NCBI GenBank assembly: GCA_051362555.1
Contig: CM120645.1
Coordinates: 992,001 to 1,056,000, forward strand
Source of the DNA: Lingula anatina
Taxonomy: Eukaryota > Animalia > Brachiopoda
Length of the DNA stretch: 64,000 bases
Reading direction: 5' to 3'
A program made the position numbers and the translations under genes. Shown here piece by piece: positions 40,369 through 55,215 of the stretch. The notes under the pieces were generated by a model. The model worked only from the letters and a program-made list of their open reading frames with translations, ran no database searches and was not told the origin of the DNA. Position 1 is the first letter of the stretch. Each line of letters opens with the position of its first letter.

Positions 40369-40787
40369 TCCTGTCTGATGTACAACATGTATCTTTTTAA
40401 ACAAGAATCGTAAGTCAATATCTTCCCCCCCCCCCCCCAAAAAAAAACACGTGCGCATATACCGTCATATCTCTCTCTCTCCCCCCCCCTCCCCTCCCCA
40501 ACTCACCGTCGTTTTCTAGAGAGCGGAGATTCAGACCCTCAAATCAGGACTTCACGCCTTGGTGAATCAGGAAGGGGGAAGGTGGGAGGGGGGGGGTGTA
40601 ACGATGCTTTATCCGCCTCATGTTAAAACCGAATCGATATATTTTCTTAAAGCACGACCTCTTGCCTACCTTCGTCTATTCTGTCATTTTAGTTACATCG
40701 AAGGCATCCTGTTTGATGTAAAACATGCATCTTTTTAAACCAGAATCGTAAGTCAATATTTTAACCCCCCCCCCTCCCCGAAACACG
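40369..40787. repeat. Local ~80-bp duplication (~40369-40451 and ~40708-40787)
   Basis: CCTGT.TGATGTA.AACATG.ATCTTTTTAAAC.AGAATCGTAAGTCAATAT, a C-run and AAACACGT occur twice. Confidence 0.75.
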
Positions 40788-41250
40788 TTCTTGTCCACCG
40801 TCTACCGTCACTACGATAGTATTTTTTAATTTTGTATTGATCATTGAACTAACAGAATCTTCTGGTTGAAGTTGTCATAAAATCGAGTGGGAATTTCCTG
40901 TTCCCGTTTGTTTGAAGTTTTTCATAACAGAGAGCTTAAGTTTTTATACCTTTTGATTCTGCAATGAATACAGCTTACCAACGCCATATACAGAACGTGT
41001 ACCAGCATTTCCTTACTTCTATTTTCAGATTGTTTTATCACATTACATCGGCACAGTTTTCGTTTTTTATGTTCTCAAGGCGTGATAAAAGCAATATATA
41101 GGAGGCAATATTATCAGTGTTAATCTATGGAGTGTGTGGGTAGTCTTAAGAAAAAATATCTCTACTATATTTTTAGAATCATGTGATTAGAATGTTATGT
41201 TATTAGAATTGAAAACTCTTATACTAAATTGTTTTACTCTCTCTCTCTCT

Positions 41251-41296
<46 letters not shown>

Positions 41297-41303
41297 CACT
41301 CAC

Positions 41304-41441
41304 CGCCGTAAGGGTTCTCGTCCTGGAGAGCCGAGCTGCGCGCTGAATGGCAACTTGACAGCGTGTCTCCCATCAAGCCGCCTTGGACCCTCACAGACGC
41401 CAGAGAGAACGCATCCCAGTGCTGCTGCACCCGGCTAGCTT
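41304..41441 (-). CDS. Probable upstream exon of the CARD-LRR gene (ATG at 41373: MGDTLSSCHSARSSALQDENPYG)
   Basis: Acceptor TTTTATTTTCGTTCCCAG| and donor GCG|GTGAGT. Phase 1 matches the acceptor at 36559, giving 781 aa. The exon is GC-rich relative to its flanks. Confidence 0.6.
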
Positions 41442-43781
41442 CTGGGAACGAAAATAAAACATGTGTCAACTGCGTGGAAAAATTAGGCGTACACTCCATT
41501 TGTTTTCACTTTTGTTGGTAATGAAAATATAATTGATCAATTTCAGCCAGTAGACAGATATTACATAGATTATAAACATGATAAAAGCGTCCCAATTCAC
41601 ATCAGCTATGCCATTAATAGTTTTATCTGGCGATGTCAGTGACGAATAACTTGACAAATTTTGAATTTTTTCACCAGGTCGACTTTTTTCTAAGCAGACT
41701 CATCACTCTGTGGACTCAGAAGGACGAGATGATGTAACCACACTCAGCTGACAGCGAAAACAGATTCCAAATAAACGATAATAGAAAGTGAACATTACAG
41801 CGTCTGTGAAGTTTTTCTTGAATGTCAAAGGTGACAAAAGCGAATATCAGACTTAAAAAACGAGATCCGATTAAATGATTCATGCAGTAAGAATAATCCA
41901 TATTCATCTGTCTAGAAATTACATGTGTTCAGACACGGAGGACATTGGAATGGTAATCGGTCTAATTCGCGTCATTACGCTACCAGAATGTTTTTAATGT
42001 GGGACCTCTTTTTCGTTGGTAAACTGGTGACGCAATATGATTCAAGTTCATGTTTAAGCAAGAACAGTGTTATCTTTTAAAAGAAATCCTTTGCCTGGTG
42101 AAACATCCATCTTATTTTTTTTTGTTTAATTATACCACAGACATAATAAACGGTATTTGTCAGATGTCCCGAAGAAATCGGTCCAAAAATAAGACAAAGG
42201 AAATGTAGAATATGTCTGTATAAAGCAACAAGGGCATTATTATATTGAAAGCTTTGATATCCTGCGTAACAAAAACGCAATTGTCGTGAATCTATCACTA
42301 ATGCGTTCCCAATTCCAGACACAGACGCTGCTACGCCACCAACTCGTTTATACACGGAGATTAAATAACTTTCGTTCAAGGACAAATAGAGTGAAGCATC
42401 TATTTTACACTTCAAAGGATAATTTTGCGTCCTCAAATCCCCATGAAGATGAGCCACGAAATGTGTGTTATCTATCATTTTGAAAAAAAAAACGTGGATC
42501 TTTCTTGAAACAAGAACTGAATGTTCTGCACAACGTCTCCTTACATAAGCTTGTTGTAGAACAGTAGGTATGGGAGGTTGATCTATCCGCTAATATACAG
42601 AAAATATACGGGATTCTCTCTCAGGCACACGCACAACGCACACGCACACGCACGCACGCACGCAATACATTGCACTTAGAACACTGCAAACAAAATCCGA
42701 ATTACAGTCCACATGTTTCCCTCATATTCACGAGAAGAAAGATGCAGCTGAAACGAAGCCCGTTTTCTCCTTTCTATACATGTAGCCCCCCCCCCCCCCC
42801 CCAAAAAAAAAAGGATTAATCTTATCCCGGTGGCGTAATGTCACTTAAGTTGATGAATGACACTGTTGACGCGGCAATTAATAGTGAACGCATTTATCAG
42901 TGGCACCTTCTTTTGTCATCGAAATAAAAGAGAAAAGTTCACTTTCATCACAAAAGAAGAAGAAATAGAACCACACTTTGTAGGAAATGTTGTAGGAAAT
43001 GTCACATTGACTTACGTAATCTTCATACGCGTCCCAGTTTTGCTGATACAAGTATTTTTTTAATGGAAAGGAAAGTCACTAATATTTACATTTGAGAAAG
43101 GCCGTATTTGCGTTTGTTTACCTTTGAAATTTGTTTTCAAGGTGACATAATTGAACAAAGAAAAAAAGTGGAGTGACAGCCGTGGGAAGAAATAATACAG
43201 ACGTGTTAGTAGACAGTGGCGGCCTCTCGTGGTGCTCTTAATGTCGTCTGCTGTGACTTTGCGTGTTTAAAACACAACCATATTGAATTCAACTTCTGTC
43301 GTCCGATACTGAGTCATTGACAGATAAAATGTTCCTTGATATGCCAGGAATAAAACCAGGTATTTAGAAATAAAACGGCATCCTATTTTATTTCCTACCA
43401 CACAAAGATGGAAATATCAGTGTTTTAGAAATTTAGTCTTGACTGAGAGCCCTTACTTTAGAGAAATTAAAATAATAATGATTGCAACAAGTGCCATAAG
43501 AGTGTATTTAGAGCAGAGATTGTTAAATGCAATTTATACACGATGAGTAGTGATAAAGGATGAACTCTCACTCTAGACAGTTCTATAAAACCGACCAAAT
43601 GAAGGCCATTATTAAGATAGGTATAAAAAGGTGACAAGTGTAGACGGCCCTTTACATGCAATAAAACCCACCTAATATATGTAATGGGGACACAATGGCA
43701 CAGCGTAGTATGCAGCTAAGGTCACGTAGGGTCAAAACTTCACGCATATATATTACTTTCTTGGTCATATATGTGTGGAGC

Positions 43782-43782
<1 letters not shown>

Positions 43783-43865
<83 letters not shown>

Positions 43866-43932
43866 TAGAGAGAAAGTAAGAAAGAGAGAGAGAGAGAGAG
43901 TGTGTGTGTGTGTGAGAAAGAGAGAGAGAGAG
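43783..43932. repeat. Compound (GT)n/(GA)n microsatellite; further dinucleotide tracts at 41236-41293, 44313-44358, 52004-52052, 52572-52670, 60708-60747, 61422-61504, 61766-61828
   Basis: Direct reading; these tracts account for the spurious HTHT/RERE/CVCV ORFs. Confidence 0.9.
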
Positions 43933-44311
43933 ACGGAAAGATGACCTACAGATGTACGTTTAAATGTAACGAGTTGCCACCAAAACTTAATATCGCTTTT
44001 TGCACATATATCAAATACTACTACCGTGTATGTATCACGTCCCACACGTTCGACAGAGTGACATTGATTCATCCACTTACACGATGCTGCAGGTATATAA
44101 ATATCTGCTCGAATTTAATATGTCTGTGTCTCCATCGTGCAATGTTATGGTGGATGACATCAATATTGAGGCAAATAACAAGAGAAGATTTACCTGTGAA
44201 ATTTTGATTGTGCTGTTAGGTATTGCGGTTTTATTTGAACATATTTTGTAGATTTTAGAACATATTCACATGCCTATGAATCCAAAGTATCTGTGTGTGA
44301 GTGTGTGTCTT

Positions 44312-44360
<49 letters not shown>

Positions 44361-47082
44361 TGCCGTGTACCTACTATAAGAAACTCTCCGGTGTTCAAAA
44401 TGTCGTCCGTTTCTCACAATTATCGTCTGCTAATAATTCGATAAAAGTGTTACCCCATACAATGCTGGCAATCTTTCCAATCGGAAACCTTAAAAAACTG
44501 TCGTCTGATGAATAAACCTGTCGTCTGCCAAAGTAGGATTAATAATCATTACGAACAAAATGTTCCCTCAGTTTTGTGAACACTGACACAACTCCGTCCT
44601 CACTGTCTCTGTGAAATGAGATTTACGTCTGTTGTCTGCGACTAAATCCTAACTTCAGTGGACTTAACCCGTCGTCATTTACTTCAATGAACGCGCAGAG
44701 AGCGCTTAATAAAACGCAACATCATATCGACGGCTGACCTTACTTGAATGACGCCAGCTTCCATTAAGAATTAAAACCATGCGACCGCAGATGTTTAAAA
44801 ATCCTCCCACTCAATGCGGGGATGTCACTCTCATAAGGTGAGGTAAGTGTGAGTTAAATTCACAAGTCAAGATGGTAAATTGCCCGAAGTCAACCTGTCA
44901 ACATTCTTAAAATACAGTTGGCTGATTTTTTTTTACCTTGCCAAATCGCCTGATAGTCTGAATAAAGTTGAAGAGAAAGAAGAAATGAAAGAGAATTTTT
45001 CGAACATTTATCAAGTCATAGAGACCAAAAGAAAAGAGGAAAGAAAATAAAAAAAGAAATTGTTTGACTGGGGACTATAAGATTATTGACCATTAGTTAT
45101 AATTCCTGGAAAAGAGGGGCGTTGGGGGGCATGCTTTTGCTTTTTTATTGGGTAAGGGAGCTCAGGGTATTCAGCTTTGTAACTATCGTACATGCACAAG
45201 GACCTTACCTAACAACGGTAGATATTCTAGATATTAACAGATACGTCTCTAGTTAATTGATGGAACTTTTCTGCACTGTGAGTTTGGGAAAAGTGCGCAT
45301 AATTAAGCTGCGGCCCTGGTAGAGGCCCAGTGGGTGGGTAAAATGGACGTCAAGCTGCCAACTCGGCTTTTCATGTCAAAAGACGGCAAGTGTTTTATCC
45401 TTAATGCAGCTTACATCATGACCACTAAACAGACACACTATATACAATGTACTCCTATATTTTGTTGATTTTTTTTTTGCGTGTGATACCAAGGAGAAAA
45501 GAAGTGTGAAATAAACCCACGGGTCACAAATATATCACACGAGGCAAAATGGTAATGGTGCAACTTTTTTTAACGAAGCGCGACTCTGCAGCCCAAAATC
45601 TGACTCATTATCTTGAGAATCCGCATGATTTATGCCCCAATCTTTATTTTCCTACGTATCAGATTATATTTTAAGTTACCAAGGCAGTGCCAAAAGTCAG
45701 TCAAAGGTAATTTGAGAAGGGCGTGGACTTTTTCATACTTTAAATTAATAAATGCTTTTAGGCGAAACTCCATTGACATTTTAGTTTTACGGGCGACCAA
45801 GGGCGAACTCTAGGTGTACACAACTAGATGCCAACAAAAAAGCTTGTTTACTTCTGTATTTCATTTGATATAATTGCACACTAAATATGCTTCGCACGTG
45901 TTAATTCTATGTAGCTTATCCGCCCATCGCCTTAAGAATATCTTGCATTCTGAAGACCGACCCCTTTCAGAAAATAATGCAATTGAAATAAGAAAGTAAA
46001 TACTATTTGTTAGGTTATATGGGGACATGTTGTTGAAAATTGACGTTGATGGAATTTGTAGAACAATACTAGGGGCAATACTAGGATCTGTATCGGGTCC
46101 TCGTTAAATGGTAGAGGCCTGGACTTCTCTCTTCTTGTCTGTCCAGATCAATCTCTTAAATCTCTTGTTATAACAGGGTCGAATGGGACCAGAGAACGTC
46201 ACTTTTGATATCGTATGCAACGGAAAAGCTGTAGTGTGTAACGTCCTGTCGGATTGATCTTTATCCGAATTTTTGTTGGATAGCCGGAAGTGGCTAGTGG
46301 TCGGCAGCATGAAGCACTTAACTATTTGCTAAGATTCTTTCCTATTTTGTGTTATCAGATGGAAGGAAGTGCCGTTCTTTATGTAACAGTGGAGAGAACA
46401 ACATAGAACTCGATTATGTGCTGTTGTTGTCTCCAGAAAGTCGTCTAACTGAAGGAAGCCGTCTTACTCAAGCCGTCTAACTTGTGTCTCATCGTGTCGC
46501 CAAGACTTGTCATATGTCATCACTGCGACACAGCGTGTTGTGACTCGAATGTTATATGTGATCAGACCGTTAACTTCAACCTTTTTATGAATTAAATACT
46601 GTTTTGAGTGTGGAAACTTCTGAATAATTAAATTTTGATGGGTATTTGTTTTTTTACGTCTAACCCCCCCCCCCATATGTCACCATCGCACATTTGTCGG
46701 TTCTTCTGAAAGCCGTGTCACAGGTACTTTGTCGCTAACACGTTATATACACCAACCATCATACACACTGTATATACACTATGACCGCGGTGCAGTACGA
46801 CACAAAACATTAAGTCCAGAAAAGCTGCAACTGCCCTACCTGACACTCGTATGCAAGGATTAATGTTATGCCATGGCCTAATGTAGCTGTAGCCTCCAAA
46901 AAGAAGAAAAAAAAAAGAACCCATGTGGCCTTGTCCCAAACACGTATCTCTTCAATAAGATACCTGTGGTGGCTCGGATCTACCATAGAACCCAAAATTA
47001 TTGCCTCCCTAGATTAAGTTTTCTGTTTCTAGCACTCGGACTCTTATTCACATTTTAAATCAATCGAGTTAGCACAAATAAT

Positions 47083-47086
47083 AAAA

Positions 47087-47137
<51 letters not shown>

Positions 47138-47138
47138 A
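47083..47138. repeat. (AAAT)n tetranucleotide repeat; second tract at 48886-48935
   Basis: Direct reading. Confidence 0.9.
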
Positions 47139-48888
47139 CAGGAATACTAGAGGGTTATATTCTGTTCTACGTTGCCCAATGTCAGGTGTAAAAAAGACAT
47201 TGGGAAACATAAAAGGGGATAATAACACAACCTACCATGTGTACATACCTGTTCCCACCCTCTACCAGGCGTCACAGAGATATTTTTCACTAGATATCCA
47301 CCGGTATTCCTCTGGCCTATTCTGTGCACTTTGTACTGCTCAGCCAAAAATTTTACACAGAAATGACGCCCTCACTCTGATAGAGACAGTTTAGAATCTA
47401 ATCTAAGATAACACCTGTTCCAAGGTAATACTAGATTCTCACGTCCTCTCCTGTGTGTCCGACAGCATGGCCGGCCATTTCTTGTCCAATTTTAATGTTT
47501 GCTGTCCTATTTACAGCCAAAATTCCTCAACTTGGCAACTTATCAGAGACAGAAGTCGTAGTATTTGTTAACAATCTAGCACATATACACCTAAATCTCA
47601 CTCAAGTTGTGAGTCGTACTCTCAACGTGTCTTATCAGACATGAACGGTGTAGTAGCAGTCGTTAGCAGTCAAGCGCCAGCGTTTTCTACTGCCAGTTAC
47701 ACGCGGGAAGGAGTCTCCTACCAGCGGCTTATCTCGGAGTCGGCGGAGCACGAGCTGTAAACAAGAACTCGGAGATTCCAATCGCATGAATGATAGAGCT
47801 CGGGTGGAAGTTCCCCTCAAACTAAAGGCGCACAATTAACCCTAGCCCGCGGCAACTTCCGCCAGTGCTTTACCAGCCGTGTGTGACAATGTTATTAATG
47901 TCGTCCTTTATGACTGTGTCACAAAAATAAGTCGACTCACTGTATGAAGTAGTCGGACTTGATACGCCGTCTGCCGCACTGTGACATATGAGAGAGAGAG
48001 AGAGACAGCTGGGGTAACGGCCTTCATGGCCAGTAGTGATAAAAAACAAGAGGATTCATTTAAGTGTTTGTATCCTTTCCTATATCAGTCTAGATCGTAC
48101 TGCAGCTTCTTTAACAGACTGCAAATAATGTCCCAAGAGCAGGTCTTTGAATATTTAATGTAATCTGTATACCGGTTGAAATAAAATAAAGTTGTAACAG
48201 GGAGTCTACCCCACATTAGGTTCATATGGGTTATGTATAACGTGTCGTAAAAGTGGTCAAAATCTAGGATGGGATTTACCTGTACAAATCAGTGGTCAAA
48301 TATATCTTAGATTTAGAGCTAACCTTTGTTTGGTGATTTGGTGGAAGATCGTGAGTAATGGTCGTATTTTACACGAGGTCCGCTGCCCTTTACTGAACAT
48401 TTTTCCCTTATGTCGCCTGGACCATCTCTTGATCTTTTATGAGGACAAATATGTTTGAAAAAAAGTCATTTCTCCGATTGTATGTGACATACAGAAATAG
48501 CATGAGCACCTTTTAAGGTTTTAATAGTTCACACGCGGGGATGCACTTTAAAAGGTAGCTATATAGCTTTTTTTCTGTGCTCTTTTCTTTGTACCACTAT
48601 CTAATTCATCAGCCAGTGGGCGTGCATGTTACTTTAAGCGCTAGACATTCAAATCGTGTTTTTTTTTCAAAGATCTTTTTTAGTTTACATTCTCCGCGTT
48701 CTGTTTTCCTGTTAAGCGACGTTATGTGATCCCCAGGTAATTATCCCCGGAAGGCCAGGTAAAACAGCAGCCCGCCATCTTGTCTTATCAATGTGACAAA
48801 TCGCTATTAAATAGCGTGTATCACCTTCCCGTTATTGTACACTGTAAATGATACCGTGCGACACACTCATAAAGAACCCCCCCCCAAA

Positions 48889-48936
<48 letters not shown>

Positions 48937-51900
48937 GTATGTTTTATATTATATACTACTATAAAACAATTCACCTTTTCAGATTAAAAATAAACCCTCA
49001 TATTAAAGTTTACTAGTCTGTTTAATTTGATATCTGTATATTTTATATTTTGCAATTCAGGATTTATCCTAATTTTCGTGAACATTTCCGGCATATTCCA
49101 CTGTTTGATTTTTATCTACCTGTAGCTGCGCCCAACGACGTGCATGAAGAGGATTTAAGTTTAACCAAGGCAAACACTTTCTGCAAATCTGGGACCCATT
49201 ATTAGTAGTACTAAACCACACAATGAACAGAGAACTTCCAAAGGTAAACACAGATTGCATATAATGCCTTAACTTAAAACCCTGTAATAATATGGATCTA
49301 CGGCATTCAGATAATTGCAGGTATGATATAAATTACCCTCTGTTATGCCACCGTTGATTTCAATTAAGATAAGATTTAGGGCTCGTCATCTTATTCTACC
49401 TTAAGTTTAAATGTATTGGACGAAATGGTCATCTTGGATTTCAGATGACATTGACAGAGATGACAAGGAGTGGTCACTGAGTATGTGACAAGTGCGTGTG
49501 TGTGTGTGTGTGTGCGTGTGCGTGTGTGTGCGCGCGCATCCCCTCCTTGAAAGGTCTTGATTCACACCTGTTGTAGACCTACATATTTTAATAACTCACC
49601 TGTCAGTAATACACGACCCCCTGTGCTAAATCATCCAACACCTGCCGACTGAAGAAGAGTCCTTAATGTCGTGCAATTCTATTTCCACTCATGAAGAACA
49701 TGTGAGTGCAGCAACTTCAATTTTCTGTACCAAAGAGTGTTCATATGGAACGTTAAACACTCACGAATACCTGTGCGACTTAGGCTACCATAGCGTCTTC
49801 ACCCAGGTAGATAACAAATTGTCTAACAGGCTGTGGAAGACTCTCGCTTGGCGTACTTAAAAACCATCTACTGGAATAGCAAATGTACATGTACGGTGAG
49901 GAGAGTTTTACGCTGTTACGGCGAACTGCCGCCACCTCTTTGTGTTAAACGTGTTCAGCGCGTCCCTGTGTAACACATCCCCTGTCTTCAGCGTCTTGGG
50001 CAGCAACTCTGTTTTCAAAACCTGCCAAGAAGTGTCTGATGTAAAGCTAACACTCTGGCCAGGATGACCAGTCTCGCGTTAGCTGACCGCTCGTGAATTC
50101 CACCCAACTGTTAAAACGGCATTAAATACGTGTAAGCAGTATTAACACCGTCAGGTAGGCGTTCATTGTTTGCGTCAGAGGGATCAAACTTAATCCCTGT
50201 TCTGGTATGCGACAATACCTCCTGCTTCCTCTGCCGCTGCTACGACTCTGTGGACGTCGTCCGCGTTCTTGTGTGTCGCCGTCCTGTACAGTGTATTTGT
50301 ATGTGTGCAGAGCTAATATAGTGTAATATGAACACAGTGTTAAAACCCTCCAGCGTTGACTGGCTTCCAAAGGCTCGAGGCTTTCATACGACTCCACAGA
50401 AAGACCCCAGGCACAAAAGTCTGTTTATTTGGCGTTATGCGCATGGGGAGAGAGCACAGGTCCAAATAAATAACAAAAATTGAAGAAGCGTGGCCAAAGC
50501 ACAATATGGCTGTGTGATGCTATTTTGTTAGGAAATCGCGATAAGGACGACCTGACAACATTTGCTCTCCAAGCAGTTACATTTGGCTTCCAAAACTTGA
50601 TTTAACTTTGTGTCACTGGTATTCAGGGCTGTTTTATTGTTGTTTATTTTATTTAACCTCTGTTGACCCTTGTAAACTAGACAACAAACAAGGTTAACTC
50701 AACTATATTTCACCAGGTACATGTGCCTGTAGTGCCCCCCCATAATGCTTTGTTGAGATAATCTGGTTGTATGTATTCCTCAAATATTCCGAACAATAAG
50801 TCACGTCATTAACCAAACGCCCATATTATGCAACATCGGGAGGGCGGATATGGCAATTATACTGACCATGATCATAAAAATATAAAGGGAAAAATCACTA
50901 AAACGCACTCGTACAAGCATTTCTTACAAGCATTTCTTCTTGCACGCATGCTAGCTAGAACGCACTCAAGAACGTGCACTCACCCCCAACCTCACGCTCT
51001 CTAAATCTGGATCGCTAAAGAAACTGTAACATTAACTTTCTCTGGAGCGTTTTCCTACGCTTTTCCAGTGTCCATCATTCATTCAGTGTGCCGTAAGTAT
51101 GGAGAAATCACAATTGTTATGGAAAATGGAGTAAGACCTTATTAAAAGCTAGTCTGCGTCCACTTTCTGTTGGCTTATGAAAACACGGGGCCATTCAGAA
51201 ACGTCGGTCACTTAATTTGTTGGTGTTTGGACAAAGCTGACCCTATGGCGTTAGGGGGCTATACTGGAAGTAGTGGGTGTTGATTTATAGGTGGACAGGT
51301 AAATCTAGTCACGTCTGAAAATTTATTTTCCTTAATTAGATTCATATCTATTTTATCTAATTCAATTTAAACTAATTTCTTTTCGTTTATCTATCTATCT
51401 ATTTATATCTATTTATGAAGTGGGGCTGGCATGACAGTAACAGGGGCAAGTGAAGTTTTTATTTAACTTGAAAACGACTTTCAAACCAGAAGTTGGTGCC
51501 CGTTCAGGAAATTCGAGTGTAAAATTTCTAAAACATAAAATCCGACTTTAAATAACAGACATTAGTGATATCTCGGAATATTTCACGTCGTTTTTGGATA
51601 TTAAAAGGTACGCGTTAGATATATGACGATATTTCATGCAAGTCAGAAGCAGTTAAAAAGGCAGGCCTGAAAACATTCTTTCGCTCTAACTCGGCATTGT
51701 CAAGGCACTAACTTCGATTGGAATTTTTGGCACACGGGGTACGAACGCCGCGCGGAATTTCATGGATTTCTTTTCCTGGCACGAGTTGTTCAAGGAAGTG
51801 CTCCGGCCGCTGAGCAGGAGGCGGATTCCCTAGTCTCTCTTCAATTGGATGTAGGGAGCAGACGACATCTACTACAGGCGTAGTAGTATTTATTCAAAGC

Positions 51901-52003
51901 TATTAACACATGTAGCTCGCTATAAATATTTGTAAAAATCTATATAGCAGGAGACGTTTTTTTTTTCAAACATGTGCTGTGTATTTTACATAAGACGCCA
52001 ATG

Positions 52004-52054
<51 letters not shown>

Positions 52055-52568
52055 AAACGCGTTCGCCTCCCGGTGTTAAATATCTCACAATGTGTCCAAC
52101 ATGCTCGCTTCAATTCCCTCTGTTGTTCAACTGCAGTGTTGTTTTACGAAATTAGACCCCCTACTGTTTCGACCACGCGGACAAACAGAGAACCAAAATA
52201 TAAAAGAGAAACTCTATCCTCAACCCACAACTGTTGTTTTACCATTGTATTCTCCAGGAGAAATATTTTGAAGTTTTACCACCACAGGTAGAGACGAGTT
52301 GTTCTGAACCACGTAGTGGTTACGCAGTGCTGGTCTCTTTCTTTGGAAACATTATAGTTTTTCCTTATTCTTTTACCTCGGGGAGAGAAGAATATAGAGC
52401 TGACCTGCAAATATTGACTTTCGGCAATGGCGTTGATATCGTGTGACAGAGTCAATAATGACGGAGAATGAATGAAAAAGAAAGCATGCAAAGAGCGAAA
52501 GTTAAGCTGGATGGCGGGTGACGGGCAGAAATGAAGTCAAGAAAAGACTACAATGTAGATGCTCTGTC

Positions 52569-52674
<106 letters not shown>

Positions 52675-54171
52675 CAATCCCACGTTAAATCATATTTCCA
52701 TGGCATAGATTAGTAAATCATAAATAAGAGCAACCTTCAATAAGATCACCCCTATCACCAAAGATAATGGAATAATTAAGAAACCGAGCGTTTTCGCCCA
52801 GCTGATGTCAACAACGTTCTAAATGTCACAGTCATATGGTAACGCCGCACTCTTCAACAGCAATCTGGTTAATACACATAACAGATAGATCGGGAACAAC
52901 TCACCACGTTGTCCCGCACGCGTGCAGCGAGCATACTCCTACGCGCTCAGGGCCAGCCCTTTACACCCCTTACCTCTCTGACAACGCTCCTTCCCTTGGT
53001 GTTCTGCAGCCTAGGAAAGGGTCAGCGTCCAAGGAACCACTAGCCTCTAGGATGGCCCGCGTCCAAGTCAGAAGTGAGAGGGATCGGAGTGGTGTACGGT
53101 AGCCAGAGCAGAGGGTCAATAAAAACGGTGGTCGTAAGTGTTTTCACTGTTGTACGAGTTAAACCAATGTGTAAACACGGAAAGACCTGCAGAGGATTGA
53201 GTTTCTTTCTCCAGTGGACTCTCCTCCGCTTTTTAGCCTCGTTTTCTGCACACCACCTGTGTGCGTGATCTGTTTTCATTTTATTGTACTTAAGCCGTGC
53301 AACTGATACTGTGAGAAGGAAGGCATTTTGAAAGTGTTAGTTGACTCTAGTTACAGCACCAACTAAATTATTTTGCATGTTTCACCATTGTTTAATTTTT
53401 GTTAATATGAATACCTCTATTTTTTTCCTTATAAGTTATTATCATATCATTCTCTCACACCAATTTCGTTTGATCCATAGAAAAGAGGATTGAATCCATC
53501 AGCTTCTTAGGACAGGTTAGTGTTTGATACAGCCGTGTGGGGGCAGCACGTTACAACGAAGTCGGTCATTGCTTCGCTGCAACTGGATAATAAATTCTTG
53601 AGGTGTCTCGAACTTTATACATTTTCTTGGGCTTTGGGTTTTATTGCTTTGAAACACGGACAACATTTAATGAAAAATGTGTCTCTTAGTGAAAACAAAT
53701 GGCTGATATTACAGTGTATGGCGGCTTTGGGAAAAACACCACCTATGGTCAGTAAATCGCACCATTTACTTAGAGTATTAAATATATGTTTGAAATATTC
53801 TGTGCGCGATTCTGAGTTAATTTTGCACTTTAAACGAATTAAAATATGCAGTATAGTAGTATTCGTTTTGACGGGGCCTTTCCGTATAGATTACATTTTT
53901 AAAATGCTACACTAATACACGATGCCCTATAGCACTGAAGTTTATCGATAAAATATGATATCAGAAAAATCTTCATGTACGCAAAAAATTATGTCAGTAA
54001 TAAAACCAGAATTATAACAAACATATTTTTTGACAAATTATGGAAAAATTTAAGAAAAAAATACTAATTTGAAATTTCTAAGCGTCGATAAATACATTTA
54101 TATTCTAGAATAATGTGCCGTTTGTAAGGAGCTTCAGCAAACCCATAATTATTCTAATTACTCTCAAATTA

Positions 54172-54258
54172 AGCAAGTGCTACGAATACGGCGACTTGTA
54201 TTCGAAACGACAGTATTGTTTGGAGTCCACCACCCCCTTTCAGTATCCAGGTGGACCA
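54172..54258 (+). ncRNA. Putative snRNA-like small RNA, copy A (5' end estimated)
   Basis: Upstream motif GTGCCGTTTGTAAGGAGCTTCAGCAA at 54115; stem CGAATAC/GTATTCG; Sm-like ATTGTTTGG; 3' stem GTCCACC/GGTGGAC. Confidence 0.5.
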
Positions 54259-54369
54259 CTAATTGAATTATTATGTACAACCCACCCCCAGACGATAGTA
54301 TATCAGACCTTCTTTATCTGATGTGTGTTATCTATCGAAACGTTTATGACAAATCTATCGGGCTAGTTA

Positions 54370-54613
54370 GGCTTCATTCACATGCAATGTCTATTTTCTA
54401 AATTCTATTTTCTATTCGCGGTATATCTTATGATCACGGTCTGTGCCCTGAATATCCCGCGGCGTAATTACTAGCAGCGCGAGCCAGTTACTGTAAGTTA
54501 CTATAAGTAACTGGCTCGCGCTGCCAGTAATTACGCGACGGGATATTCAGGGCACAGACCGTGATCATAAGAAAATAGAATTTAGAAAATAGACATTGCA
54601 TGTGAACGAAGCC
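54370..54613. mobile_element. Fold-back MITE, PIF/Harbinger (Tourist)-like
   Basis: Nearly the whole 244 bp is an inverted repeat (GGCTTCATTCACATGCAATG... / ...CATTGCATGTGAACGAAGCC), flanked on both sides by TTA (3-bp TSD). Confidence 0.8.
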
Positions 54614-55215
54614 TTAGTGGATGCCCCTTGATTCCAACTAGCTGGTACGATCACTACCCTCTACCAGAGCAACAGATTATATATGTGGGTCTTTTTCCCC
54701 AACGCAAGTGGAAAAATGTCCCATTAATTAGCCAGAGACGCATCTGTAAATATCAAGTGAAAAACCAATCTGTAGCCCTGACAGAGGGTATATATTTTTC
54801 TCTTTTTCATAATCCGCCATCTGATATCTGTGCATGTTACGCTAAAAGCAAGTTTGATTTTTTTTATCCTAGAAGCAGGCAACGGTGAAGAATTGGTGTT
54901 GTTCTTCTATGACGGTGTGCAATTCGCATTCGAAGATTGTATAAAAGGCCTTCCGTACACGTTGGAATATGACCTTGAGACATTTTTTCTATTACAACAT
55001 GTACCATTATTCTCTAAATGTAGCTCAAAAATGTGTATTTAAAATTAATCAAATTAATAATATAAACAAGTCAGTTGCAAAAACATAAAATATATCTCAA
55101 AGTGTTTTCTCCTTTAATATTTAAATATCAACATGTATATGTATATGTATTCACAGTCAGCCATTCGATAGGTATTACTACATACAGATAAGTTTTCTCA
55201 AACACAAAATCTATT

